Assembly (NCBI GenBank): GCA_965203465.1
Contig: CBDBCR010000001.1
Coordinates: 288,001 to 352,000 of the forward strand
Source of the DNA: Nitrosopumilaceae archaeon
Lineage (GTDB): Archaea > Thermoproteota > Nitrososphaeria > Nitrososphaerales > Nitrosopumilaceae
DNA: 64,000 nt
Direction of reading: 5' to 3'
A model generated the notes under the pieces. It was not told where the DNA came from. It ran no database searches and worked only from the letters and a program-made list of their open reading frames with translations. The translations under genes were made by a program, and so were the position numbers. How positions within the stretch are numbered: the first letter of the stretch is position 1; each line of letters opens with the position of its first letter. Positions 20,579 through 30,074 of this stretch are shown piece after piece.

Positions 20579-21111
20579 CCGCCCCGGACGGATCTGATCA
20601 ACGCCACGGAATCTTCCCCCTCGTCGACGCAGCCGGCCAGCATGGAATCGAGGTCGCGCGCGGTTATGCCGGGGTCCGCGGGCCGGTCCATGGACGCCTC
20701 GAGCACCTCTATGCACTCCCGCGCGCTTTCGGGCAGTCCGGGAGGATCTGCGCCCGCGTACCTGAGGTGCAGCCTGGCCGCCTCGAAACTGAGATCCTCC
20801 AAGATCGCGTACACTCTAGCTCTGTTCCCCTCTCGGCACGCGGACGACAGGCGCGAGAGGCTTTCGCCCGCGCGGGCCGCCGCGTCCGCCCGGTCCCGGG
20901 GCGGGACGCAGCGCCGCGACAGCAGCGACTCGAGCCCGGAAAACGCGCCCTCGAGGACGCCCGCGACGAACACCCCGTGCTTGGAGCCCGACGCGGCCGC
21001 AGCCGCGCCCAGTCGGCGAAAAGACGCCGAGCACGCCCCGAACCTCAGGTCTCTGGCCAACGCCGCCGCGTCGCCCAGCTTGCGTGCAAACGCCGCTTCG
21101 GCTACGTCCAC
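20575..21111 (-). CDS. Fusion paralog of 13662-14072 and the C-terminus of 13211-13657
   Basis: KHGVF..VLE and LEDL.F.A match the first gene; DLDSMLA..VDE.EDSV.L.RSVR matches the second. Confidence 0.7.
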   Translation of the reverse strand: MDVAEAAFARKLGDAAALARDLRFGACSASFRRLGAAAAASGSKHGVFVAGVLEGAFSGLESLLSRRCVPPRDRADAAARAGESLSRLSSACREGNRARVYAILEDLSFEAARLHLRYAGADPPGLPESARECIEVLEASMDRPADPGITARDLDSMLAGCVDEGEDSVALIRSVRGG

Positions 21112-21177
21112 GCCCGCGGGGGGGCCGCGGTTCGGATAAATTCATTCCGCCCCGTTCCGGCGAAGCCGGCGCCGCGC

Positions 21178-21490
21178 TCACGCGGCCTCTTGGGGCTCGC
21201 CGGACGGCCTGCGCCCGCGCGCGGCAGTCGGCGCCTCGATCTCGGGCGCGCCCGTCACGCGCCACCCGCCGTCGCCCGTCGCGGCCCACACCGCAAAGCT
21301 GTCCGGCAGGCGCGCGCCCGGATCGTGCCACGCGATCCAGGGCCTGTCCCACCCGCGCCCCACGAGCGCGGCGGCGGACTCTTCGGAGACGCACGCGGGC
21401 CTGCCGTCCGGCGAGAGCACCGGCGACATGTCGCCGCACTCCCCGTGCGCGGCCGCGGCCAGTGCGAGCGCGAGCGCTACCGCCGGAGCC
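21178..21490 (-). pseudogene. Fragment of a secreted thaumarchaeal-type protein (GRPACVSEESAAALVGRGW motif)
   Basis: Signal-peptide-like ALALALAAAAHG with no usable start codon; truncated. Confidence 0.4.
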
Positions 21491-21596
21491 AAGGGCGGGG
21501 TCGGGGCCCGCGTTTCGTAAATGGCTTTCGGCCGGGCCCGGTTCCTGCGGACGAAAGATCGGCAGCGCTTAAACCAAAGCGCGGGCTCTTTACCGC

Positions 21597-21693
21597 ATGG
21601 GCCAGAGGCCGGGGCGGAAAAGCCGACTTGGGCAGCCACGCCAACCAGCTCAACCCCAACAACCCAAAGTACGGCGGTTCCAAAGAGGACTAG
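21597..21693 (+). pseudogene. Microprotein with SHANQLNPNN motif; ATG one base out of frame
   Basis: Removing one G from ATGGGCC gives MARGRGGKADLGSHANQLNPNNPKYGGSKED; followed by a T-tract. Confidence 0.5.
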
Positions 21694-21895
21694 CCGCTCT
21701 CCTTTTTTCGCGAAACGGGGCCGAGCTCCCCGGAACCGTCACCCGGCGGCCCGACGGTTTTCGTAGCGGTCTTGCGCGCTTTGGATCCGCCGCCCGGCCC
21801 GGGCGCCGGCCCGCGCCCCCCAAATTACAACATTCTGCAATTCTGCCCCCGCCGGCGTTAGCTATATTACGGGGTGGTCGGGCCATAGTGCCAAC

Positions 21896-22120
21896 ATGAG
21901 TGAAGAAGCACTCGCAGAGATCCTCTCCATCCTAAAGGAGAACAACACTCTGCTAAAGGCAAACCACGAGTACCTAAAGGAGAACAACTCCCTCCTGAAA
22001 GAGAACGACTCCCTCCTAAAGGAGAACGACACGTTCCTGAGGGAGAACAACGCCTTCCTGAGGGAGAACAACGGCCTACTGAAGGAAAACAACGCCATCC
22101 TCAAGAACAAGTCCTGCTAG
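21896..22120 (+). CDS. Heptad-repeat coiled-coil microprotein (LKENNxL)n
   Basis: About 8 imperfect 21-bp tandem repeats; upstream CTATATTA, downstream T-tract. Confidence 0.75.
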   Translation: MSEEALAEILSILKENNTLLKANHEYLKENNSLLKENDSLLKENDTFLRENNAFLRENNGLLKENNAILKNKSC

Positions 22121-22147
22121 CGCGATTGCGCGGCTTTTTTTATCCCA

Positions 22148-22744
22148 TCAGCGGCGCCTGATCATGGACGCCGCGGCCACGGCCACCCCGGCCGCGCCCA
22201 GCGAGACCCCGAACACGGCCAGGTCGTAGGCGGCCCCGCCGTCGCCGCCCCCGCCGGCCTCGCGCTGCAGCGAGGCCAGCGCGTTCTTTATGGCCCCGAT
22301 CTCCTCCGAGCCGCCCGAGGCGCGGGGCGGAAAGTCGAGCACGGCGGTCCGCTCGACGTCCTCGACGGGCACGCTCAGCTCCACCGGCTCCCCGCCAAGC
22401 TCCCCCTCTATCCGCACAGAGTACGAGCCGGCGCTGGTCGGTATGATGTCGGCAAAGTAGCGGCCCGGCCTCTGGTCGGCCGAGATGTCCAGCCGCTTGG
22501 AGGCGCCGCCGAACTCTACGTGGGCCTCCATGGAGCGGAACGCGTGCGGCACGCCCCTTGCGACCCCCTCGGTCTCGCCCGGCTCGGTGACGTGGAACAC
22601 CAAGGCGTTCCTGTACGATACCACGGGCGGCTCGGTGCCCCACCCCGCCTCTATGGAGTAGATCCCGGCCTCGACGGTGGTGTGCGCGTACGCCTGCGCG
22701 GCGCCGGCGGCCAAGACCAGGACGGCCGCGGCCAGAACCTTCAC
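22148..22744 (-). CDS. Membrane-anchored secreted hypothetical protein
   Basis: Signal peptide AYAH, GWGTEPP motif, C-terminal TM + RRR. Confidence 0.8.
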   Translation of the reverse strand: MKVLAAAVLVLAAGAAQAYAHTTVEAGIYSIEAGWGTEPPVVSYRNALVFHVTEPGETEGVARGVPHAFRSMEAHVEFGGASKRLDISADQRPGRYFADIIPTSAGSYSVRIEGELGGEPVELSVPVEDVERTAVLDFPPRASGGSEEIGAIKNALASLQREAGGGGDGGAAYDLAVFGVSLGAAGVAVAAASMIRRR

Positions 22745-22844
22745 GGAAGTGGGAGGGGGCAGGAATCTCTTTAAACATTGCGAAAGGGCCCGCCCCCGGG
22801 CCCGTCCAATAAAACAAACGCTGTTGAAAAAGTGTGTTGGGTTC

Positions 22845-23837
22845 CTATATCCTGGGAACCAGTCTGGTCTTTGCCGTTATCGCTATGATGCTCACGATGG
22901 CTACGCCGAGCACGGCCATGGCGACCGCGCCGAACTCGGGCACGACCTTGTAAGAGGCAACGTCGCCCGACGGGCCCGTTATCTCTTCAACGCCGAAGCC
23001 GTACAGGTACACCGAGACGTCTACGGGCGTCTCGCTAGCGTCAGCGAGCAGCGGCGCCGTGCTGTGGTCGCCCATTCCGGTGTGGCTGTGGGCGGGGCTG
23101 CTCTCGGTGCCGTCCTCCAGCACCGTCCCGTCTCCCTGCATCGCGGTCACCCTGTAGTTTACGTGCGACAGCTCATTGCCGTCAGAGTCGGTGAACGCCA
23201 CGCTGATCTGCACCGGGCTTCCCATGTCGCCGCCCTGCGTCTCGATCGAGACCATCACGTCGTCAAGGGATTCGGGCACCTTGCCTTCCATCATCATAGT
23301 ACCGTCGCCCATCATCATCTTGTCATCGTCCATCTTTTCTCCGTCCATCATCTTTTCGCCGGTCATGGCGTCCCTGTCGCCGTCCATCATCTTTTCGCCG
23401 TCCTTTTCCATCATGCTGCCGTTTGCCTCCATGCTGTCGCCGTGGGATTCGGTCACGTACAGGGTGCCGACCATCCACGGATGGACAGTGCAAAAGTACG
23501 GGTACGTCCCCTCTACCAGATCCTCTACGGTGTATGCGTCACCCGCATTTATGAGGCCGCTTTGGAAGCCGTTGGGATAGTCGTATCCGACCATGTTCGG
23601 ATCCTCTTTGAGGTTGCCGGCCGCCACAGTGTGTAACGCCGAGTCGTCGTTGGTCCACGTGATGCTGCCGCCCACGTCGACCGAGACTTCCGACGGGATA
23701 AAGCACTCGTCGGTCTTCTCACAACCGGGAGTGACGGATCCTTGGGGCATCGAGACGGTGGCGGTGGGGTGGTCTGCGAACGCCGCCGGCACCAGTGCCA
23801 GCAGCGCAAAAAGCGATATCGTCGTTAGTATCTTCAT
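22845..23837 (-). CDS. Cupredoxin (plastocyanin-like) with Met-rich linker and PEFG-CTERM
   Basis: WTNDDSALHTV and YFCTVHPWM type-1 Cu ligands; GEKMMD repeats; VVPEFG + TM. Confidence 0.93.
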   Translation of the reverse strand: MKILTTISLFALLALVPAAFADHPTATVSMPQGSVTPGCEKTDECFIPSEVSVDVGGSITWTNDDSALHTVAAGNLKEDPNMVGYDYPNGFQSGLINAGDAYTVEDLVEGTYPYFCTVHPWMVGTLYVTESHGDSMEANGSMMEKDGEKMMDGDRDAMTGEKMMDGEKMDDDKMMMGDGTMMMEGKVPESLDDVMVSIETQGGDMGSPVQISVAFTDSDGNELSHVNYRVTAMQGDGTVLEDGTESSPAHSHTGMGDHSTAPLLADASETPVDVSVYLYGFGVEEITGPSGDVASYKVVPEFGAVAMAVLGVAIVSIIAITAKTRLVPRI

Positions 23838-23887
23838 TGGGGCCGGTTTCCGGCGTTTCACATAAAAACCGTGCGCCTTTTAACAGG

Positions 23888-25702
23888 GTATGCACTCACC
23901 TCCCCATCCGACGCCTGAGACGGACTGACGCTGCCCGTAGCGCGTCCGGCGGCCCGTCAGGAGCGGTCAGGCAACAGCCGCCGCCGGAGCCGGTAGCTGC
24001 CCCGCCTCGGCCCCGGGCGGCCTCGACAGGCCGGAGGCGGGCGAATCGAATACCGACCAGTCGCGCGGCGCCGGCGGCCCGGGGTTGAACATGTCCCATC
24101 CGGGGTCGCGCAGCATCTCGACTACGGCCCTGCACGGAAAAATATGGTTCATGCCGCACGTCATGATGAACGTCAGCAGCCTGGAAAAGACCTCGCGCCC
24201 CTCCGGCGTCGTGATCTGGTGGCGCACGTTGCGGTGCCTGACCGGGCCGTCCCTTATGGCAAGCTCGGTGGCGTTGTTGTGCGGCGGCATGCCCGGGTAC
24301 GACAGGAACGTGAACATGTCCGGCACCGCCTTGGCCAGGTGGTTTTTCGCCTTGCCTTCCGGGTACGCCGAGATCATCGACCGCACCTCGCGGGTAAGCT
24401 CCGTCACGGTGAACGGCGCGGCCGTCTTCATGCGCTTGATCTTGTGGTAAAAGCCCGAGGCCTGCTCGTGCCTCGCCCGATCGCCCGCGCCGCCGTCCAC
24501 GGCCGGCGCCTCCACGTGGCCGAGCAGGTGCCTCCAGCAGCACTGCCGGTCAGCGAACGCGTTGTACGACTGGTTTCTGTCGGAGACCACGGGCAGGTGC
24601 AGGAGCCAGCCGAAATGCTCCCGCAGGAACGGGATACTCTTGTGGGTCGTGGCCACGACGAACGCCGCGCGCTTGCATATGAACACCCACACGGTGCCCA
24701 CCTTGCCGACTATCCCTATCTTGATGCCGGTCTCGTCGCCCTGCACGAAGTTGCACGTCAGGAACGCCTGCTGTATGAGGTACAGCTGCCTGTCCAGCGC
24801 GCAGGAGACGGCCTTGCGCGCCGAGGCTATGGCAGTCTCCGACACCTTGAACTCGAAGAACGATTCGAGAAGGCGCGAAATGTCCGCGTCGGTGCACCGC
24901 ATCCCGTACAGCTCCGTTATCAGGCCCAGCAGCACCGGCCCCATCGACGTGCCCTCCAGGAACGGCGACGGGGCGACTATGCGCTTCTTGCAGTCGGGGC
25001 ACCACCCCGTCTCCAGGACGGCGGTGAACGTGACTACCTTTTTGCACTTGTCGAAATCCGAAACCGTCTTGTGTATGCATTCCCCGCGCTCGATCCGCGC
25101 CCCGCACCCGCAGCGCGAGACGTGGTACCTTATGCACAGCACCGGCACGTTGGCGTGCGAGACGCCGGCGTGCCCCATCGGCGGGCCCCTCTTGCGCCCC
25201 TTGCCGTCCGGCCGCACCGGCCTGTCCGAGCCGGACCCGTCGCTCCCCCGCGCCCCGTGCTTTTTGCGGTACTTGTTGCGCCTGTGGTTGAACTGCGACT
25301 TTGTCGACGACGGGGCGTTGGGGCCCTCGTACAGGGCCAGCCTGGCCTTGTACTTTTCCTTCTCTGCCCTCTCCGAGGCCGCCTGCTCTTTCAGTACCAC
25401 GATCTGGTTGTCCCGGTCGAAGATCGTGATGTGGGCCGCGACCAGTTCCCCGCGCAGCAGCACAGCTTCCGACGTCATGGGCGCGGCCCGAAAGACCCCG
25501 GATCTAAAGGTGTCGATCAATTTTTGTTGACTTTTTGTTTACTCTGTCTTGACAACGGGAGGATGGACAGGCCCCGGTCGGGGCGGCCCGGACGGGCGCG
25601 CGCCGCGGCTGCGGGCGCCCGACCGTGGGTTCACTCGCCCCCGTAGTGCGTCAGATTGGGCGTTTCGTGCCTACGGGCCGGGGGGGGGGGGTGAGTGCAT
25701 AC
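23888..25702 (-). mobile_element. IS66-family element (single TnpC, ISBst12-group-like), 1815 bp
   Basis: TIR GTATGCACTCACC(T/C)CCCC at both ends; 9-bp direct repeat TTTAACAGG at 23879-87 and 25703-11. Confidence 0.9.
23967..25520 (-). CDS. IS66 transposase TnpC
   Basis: Coiled-coil, Zn finger (CGC..CPDC), DDE motifs GDETG, VVSDR, QCCWRHL, NNATELAIR. Confidence 0.92.
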   Translation of the reverse strand: MIDTFRSGVFRAAPMTSEAVLLRGELVAAHITIFDRDNQIVVLKEQAASERAEKEKYKARLALYEGPNAPSSTKSQFNHRRNKYRKKHGARGSDGSGSDRPVRPDGKGRKRGPPMGHAGVSHANVPVLCIRYHVSRCGCGARIERGECIHKTVSDFDKCKKVVTFTAVLETGWCPDCKKRIVAPSPFLEGTSMGPVLLGLITELYGMRCTDADISRLLESFFEFKVSETAIASARKAVSCALDRQLYLIQQAFLTCNFVQGDETGIKIGIVGKVGTVWVFICKRAAFVVATTHKSIPFLREHFGWLLHLPVVSDRNQSYNAFADRQCCWRHLLGHVEAPAVDGGAGDRARHEQASGFYHKIKRMKTAAPFTVTELTREVRSMISAYPEGKAKNHLAKAVPDMFTFLSYPGMPPHNNATELAIRDGPVRHRNVRHQITTPEGREVFSRLLTFIMTCGMNHIFPCRAVVEMLRDPGWDMFNPGPPAPRDWSVFDSPASGLSRPPGAEAGQLPAPAAAVA

Positions 25703-25703
25703 T

Positions 25704-26483
25704 TTAACAGGCGCGGCGCGCGCCCAGCACGAGCGCGGCGGGCAGCCCCGCGTAAAAGCCGAGGTTTATCAGTATGGCCGCCGCGCCGTAGCCGGCCACC
25801 GAGGCCTCCGAGTCGGCGAGCTCCATGACCGAAAGCGAGTGCAGCATGGGCGTTATGGCCATCTTGACCGCCTCCCGGAAGAGGGGGCTCTGCCGCTCCA
25901 GGTCGGCGACGGCGGGCGAAAACGAATAGTAGGCGGCCTCAAAATACCTCATGAACTCGGAGCCCGCTCCGGTCTGGCGCAGCTGCGAGTCGCGGATCTC
26001 GCGCAGCTTTTGCACCTGCGGGGCGAGCTCCGTGCCGTGGGCCGCAGTGGCCACGAGGCAGCCGTTCTGCCCGCCCATCGGGTCCGTCTGCGCGGCGGCG
26101 CCGCCGACGATTATGGGGAACGATGCGGTCTCTTCGTCTATGGGGTTGAACAGTATCCCCTTTACGGCCACGTCCAGCGTGTACTGCCCGTCCCTCTCGA
26201 AGGTGAACGGCACGCTGATCCTGCCCTCCGAGGTGTGTATCAGGTTGGTGGGCCCGAAGATCTGCTCGCCGCCCTCGCTGACGGTCAGAAAGTAGTCTAT
26301 GTGGACCTGCGTCTTTTGCGTGCTGGGGTTGAGGAAGTCTATGCGCATCTTGGCCTCCTGGCCGGCCTCGAGGGTCTCGGGCACGGTGACCAGCTCCACA
26401 TCCAGGGTGCCCCCGTCGGTAGGCTGGACGGCGGCGAACGCGGGCAGGGGCGCGAACGCCAGCAACACCAAGAGAGCCTTCAC
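25704..26483 (-). CDS. Secreted CFI-box-CTERM domain protein
   Basis: Signal peptide; GCLVATAAHGTELAPQVQKLREIRD...YYSFSPAVAD C-terminal domain + TM. Confidence 0.88.
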   Translation of the reverse strand: MKALLVLLAFAPLPAFAAVQPTDGGTLDVELVTVPETLEAGQEAKMRIDFLNPSTQKTQVHIDYFLTVSEGGEQIFGPTNLIHTSEGRISVPFTFERDGQYTLDVAVKGILFNPIDEETASFPIIVGGAAAQTDPMGGQNGCLVATAAHGTELAPQVQKLREIRDSQLRQTGAGSEFMRYFEAAYYSFSPAVADLERQSPLFREAVKMAITPMLHSLSVMELADSEASVAGYGAAAILINLGFYAGLPAALVLGARRAC

Positions 26484-27440
26484 GGAGCCTGTCCGGGCGC
26501 GCGTAATAATAGGATTCTCAATTCCGGCACCTTGTTCCACGCGGGGGAAACGGCCGCCCGCGCGGTTCAAAGGGGCCAGCCGGGGGCCTATCGACGTGCC
26601 GTTTATCCCGGGCGTCGGCGCCTGCGTGTCCGCGCCGCATCCGGCGCGCGTGACTCTGCACCGCGTGCGCCTCAGTCGCGGCTTTGGGCAGCCGCGGCAT
26701 GCCGGCGGTCAGCTTCGGCCTGCATGTCCTTGACGAACTCGGCGCAGCCGCGCTTGCCGCATTTTTCGGTCACGTGGTGGACCATCTCCGATGCCTTTCT
26801 GCCGTGAGGTTTGCCCGGGCGCCCCTCTTTGGCGCCGCCCGTGTTCCTGAGCCCGGCCTTGCCGCTTCCGTTCTATGGACTCGACGGGGGGGCTGTGCGG
26901 GTTCCCGTACAGGTTCGGGCGGTGCCCCGTCTAGGCCGTCTCGGCCTGCATCTCTGCGAGAGAAACCACCTCCGCCGCGAACGCGACCAGCTCGCAGATC
27001 GCGGCGTCCTCGGCTCTGCCGTTCTAGATCCCCTCGGCGAGGCCGGCCCGGAGGATCCCGGACTCGGACTCGGGCATGCGCCGCACCCTCTAAAACGCCC
27101 GTGTCAGAAAAAATTGCGCCAAGGGCACCGGAGAACCGCGCCGGACCTGGCCGCCTGCCCGGCCCGGTGCAGACTCGGGTCGGGCGCGCAGAGGCCGAAC
27201 CGCCTCTCAGCACTTTTTTGGGGACGGCATTGCCCGCGCGGGGACGGCGAGATCCGGCGCGGGCACGGCGACGCACGCGCCGTCGACGCCGGCACCGTGC
27301 CGCTCAACGTAACGGACAACGCCATGAGGACAGAAGGGCACGCTCTGGGCCGCGATCTGGTTCGGGCTCAACGCCCCGAGGCCGGCTGCGGGGCGGCCGA
27401 TCCGCATGCGAGCGGCGCGAACGGCGCCTTGCCTACGGAT

Positions 27441-27689
27441 TCAACGCCCGCCGCGGGTTTTGCCGCTTTTCCATTCGAGGAATTCAAGCTTGGGGATCTC
27501 TGCCTGCCGCAGTATCGCCAGCAAAACCCCGCGTCCCATTTCCTTTCTTTTCGGAACCGAGAGCATCCTGCGCGCGTCTTTTTTCAGAATCACGTGATCG
27601 CCCCGCACGTGAGCTTGAACGTACCCTCTAGTATTCAGGAACCGAATCAGTTCTTCAGACGACGGTCTGGGAAATTTGGCCATTGTCAT
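27441..27689 (-). CDS. hicA: HicA family mRNA interferase toxin
   Basis: ELIRFL..RGY...VRGDHVIL..SVP...GVLLAILRQAEI. Confidence 0.85.
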   Translation of the reverse strand: MTMAKFPRPSSEELIRFLNTRGYVQAHVRGDHVILKKDARRMLSVPKRKEMGRGVLLAILRQAEIPKLEFLEWKSGKTRGGR

Positions 27690-27701
27690 GCACGTGATCG
27701 T

Positions 27702-28025
27702 TTACTTTACGCTAAACACGACGAACTTTTTCTTTATTCCCATGGCCTCGTGCATGGCCTCTATGGCTTCGGCTACGTTGTCCAGCGCGGCGCCTTTTGT
27801 CCCGCCGTCGCTGATCGCCCCCGGCAGCGCCGGAACCGTGCATACGTAGCGCCCGTCCCCGTCTCTCGACACATCCACCATGTAGCTGTCAAGCCGCTCC
27901 GGCAGGCCGTCCCGTTCCTGCCCGGGGCGGCGCCTCACCTGCAGGACTGTCTCCGAATACGCAACCTCGTACGCGGACAGATCCGCGCCCCGAACCATTT
28001 CTAGCTGCTTCTCGACGGTGGCCAC
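27702..28025 (-). CDS. hicB: HicB family antitoxin (hicBA order)
   Basis: YVCTVPALPGAISDGGTKGAALDNVAEAI. Confidence 0.85.
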   Translation of the reverse strand: MATVEKQLEMVRGADLSAYEVAYSETVLQVRRRPGQERDGLPERLDSYMVDVSRDGDGRYVCTVPALPGAISDGGTKGAALDNVAEAIEAMHEAMGIKKKFVVFSVK

Positions 28026-28568
28026 GCAACATCTCCCGTATTATACCATAATAACCTATCAGTTAACTCCAGTTAACCCAAAAGTACCTTGCCAAGGCCG
28101 GAAAAGCGATCGCCGGCAGGGCCCACCGAAAGATCCAAAAACGGGCGCCCGCGCGGCGGCCCGGGATCCGGCCTCCGCTGCCGGATCAGCGACAACCGCG
28201 GGGCGCCACATTATACAAATATCACCCCGACAGCGCGATCCGTGGTTCCCGCAAGCGGCGCGTTTGAACGGCGCGGCGATCTTGGCCCGCGCCCGCTGGC
28301 GTGCCTCACAGGCGCGGGTTGCAAAGCCGGACCGTCAGGACGCTGGACTAGGCACTCCCTGCGACACGCGTCGGCACGCCGCCAGATCCGTAAAAACCGC
28401 GGAAGGGCGTGCAGCGCCCCGAACGGCAGATCCTGTTGCCCCGGCACGTCGGCTGTTGGAGAAGCGGGGCTCAGGCGGGGCAAACTGCAAACTCTAGACC
28501 GAGGATCTTTGCGCCAAAGGGGAAACGGCCGGACGGGGGCGGCGGCCATCGGAGGGCCGGGAGGGTAA

Positions 28569-29519
28569 ATGCCGTTCCAGAGGGGCGACGATTCCGGGCA
28601 GAAAGCGCCCGGGCCTGCCGGCCGAAATCCAGACGAGCTGCTCCGGCAGGGGAACGGCGGGGCCGGGCCGGCGTGCGGACTGCCAGAGTTCGACGAAAAG
28701 ACGATTGCCAAGAACACGGACGAGTACGACGTTAAGATGCGCGCTTATGCGGAAAAATACGAGCAAGAGCTCGAGACGCTGGAGAAACAGATAGATAAAA
28801 CAGCCATGGCCTACCTTGAATTTGGTCAGATTACAAAAGAAGAGGCGGTTGCGTTGGAGGAGACCTACGACATTTCTGTAAAGTCTAGCATATACGAGAC
28901 GGGCGAGCCGAACTACATCCAGTTGTGGAACCGGCTTGCGGCGAAATCGCCCGTTGTCAAACACGTATGGAGATTCGTGACCGGCATGCTGGAAAGCGCC
29001 AGACACGAAAGCAAAAAATCCTACAAGGAAAGCAAGTCGTTTTACAGGGGCACCTCCATGTCGGAGTTGGCGAAGGTGGTGCGGGACGGGGGCATTGCGG
29101 TCCGCCTGCCGGGCGAGGGGGCCGTCGGAGACAGCGACCCGACATCGCTCACGCCCGTCTTGGAGGTGGCAATGCAGTATGCCAGCGGCAGGGGCGAAGG
29201 CGGCAGCGATACGAGGCCGGACGGGGTCGTATTGGAGTACGACGCAGAGTCGATCAGGAGAACCGGCAAGGCCAGACTCATGGAATACAACGTCATGGGC
29301 AGGTGGAGCAGGCGCAAGATACTGCCCCTGCGATGGTCACACCAGCGGGAAATCACGATACCGCACGGTTTAAAAGAGCCCGAGCTGGTAGGGGTGATAA
29401 TGCATGAAAGCGGGGCCCGTCTCAACCCGGACATCGTGGCGGCGTTGAAGGACAAGGGCATAAAACTGACGGTGATCAAGGAATGGAGCGATGCGTCCAT
29501 CTACCCAAGAGATGGCTAG
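28569..29519 (+). CDS. Hypothetical protein with putative ADP-ribosyltransferase-fold C-terminal domain
   Basis: FYRGTS, TSLTP..A.QYA, VVLEYD and QRE motifs in ART order. Confidence 0.55.
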   Translation: MPFQRGDDSGQKAPGPAGRNPDELLRQGNGGAGPACGLPEFDEKTIAKNTDEYDVKMRAYAEKYEQELETLEKQIDKTAMAYLEFGQITKEEAVALEETYDISVKSSIYETGEPNYIQLWNRLAAKSPVVKHVWRFVTGMLESARHESKKSYKESKSFYRGTSMSELAKVVRDGGIAVRLPGEGAVGDSDPTSLTPVLEVAMQYASGRGEGGSDTRPDGVVLEYDAESIRRTGKARLMEYNVMGRWSRRKILPLRWSHQREITIPHGLKEPELVGVIMHESGARLNPDIVAALKDKGIKLTVIKEWSDASIYPRDG

Positions 29520-29928
29520 TCCGGCAACCCTAATGGCACGGAGCATACTCCGCGGCGACAAGGACATGAGCGACGAGGAGGCTACAAGAGCGGTGGCGTC
29601 CTACATACGCAGCTGGCTCCCGGTGGACGAACGGGACAGGGCCGAAAAGATAGGGGCCGAGGCCGTCAAGGACGCGCGCGAATACCTCAAAAAGCCGAAA
29701 AAAACGCTCGGGATCGACCGGCGTCGGGCCTTGGTCGAGGAGATCAAAAAAGAACTCCAAGATGCCGAGGTGCAGCCAAGGCGCATCGTTTTAGCCAAAC
29801 TGTCTACCGAGGAGACAAGAGCTCAAAAACGCGAGCTCGCGCCAAACACACACGACCCGCCAAAGCCCGTCGTTCTGCACAAACGGCGGGATCCGCGATC
29901 CGGGCCGCCCGATCACGACGCCGCCTAG
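29512..29928 (+). CDS. Hypothetical protein overlapping the ART-like gene
   Basis: ATG overlaps the end of the upstream gene; helical, charged 138 aa. Confidence 0.6.
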   Translation: MASPATLMARSILRGDKDMSDEEATRAVASYIRSWLPVDERDRAEKIGAEAVKDAREYLKKPKKTLGIDRRRALVEEIKKELQDAEVQPRRIVLAKLSTEETRAQKRELAPNTHDPPKPVVLHKRRDPRSGPPDHDAA

Positions 29929-30074
29929 AGCTGGTTGCAACCCGGCAGTCGCGGAAAGCCGCGCCGGCGCCAGGCCGCCCAAGATCCGAACGGCGGGCGC
30001 GCCGCGGCGGAGTCTTCTCCCGCGCGGGCACCGGTTCGTATCGACTTATTAACGCAGAACCCGCACCGCCGCCG

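Noticed and set aside
26673-27080. Minus-strand coding-like stretch
   Set aside because: Multiple stops and no recognisable family; too degraded to call
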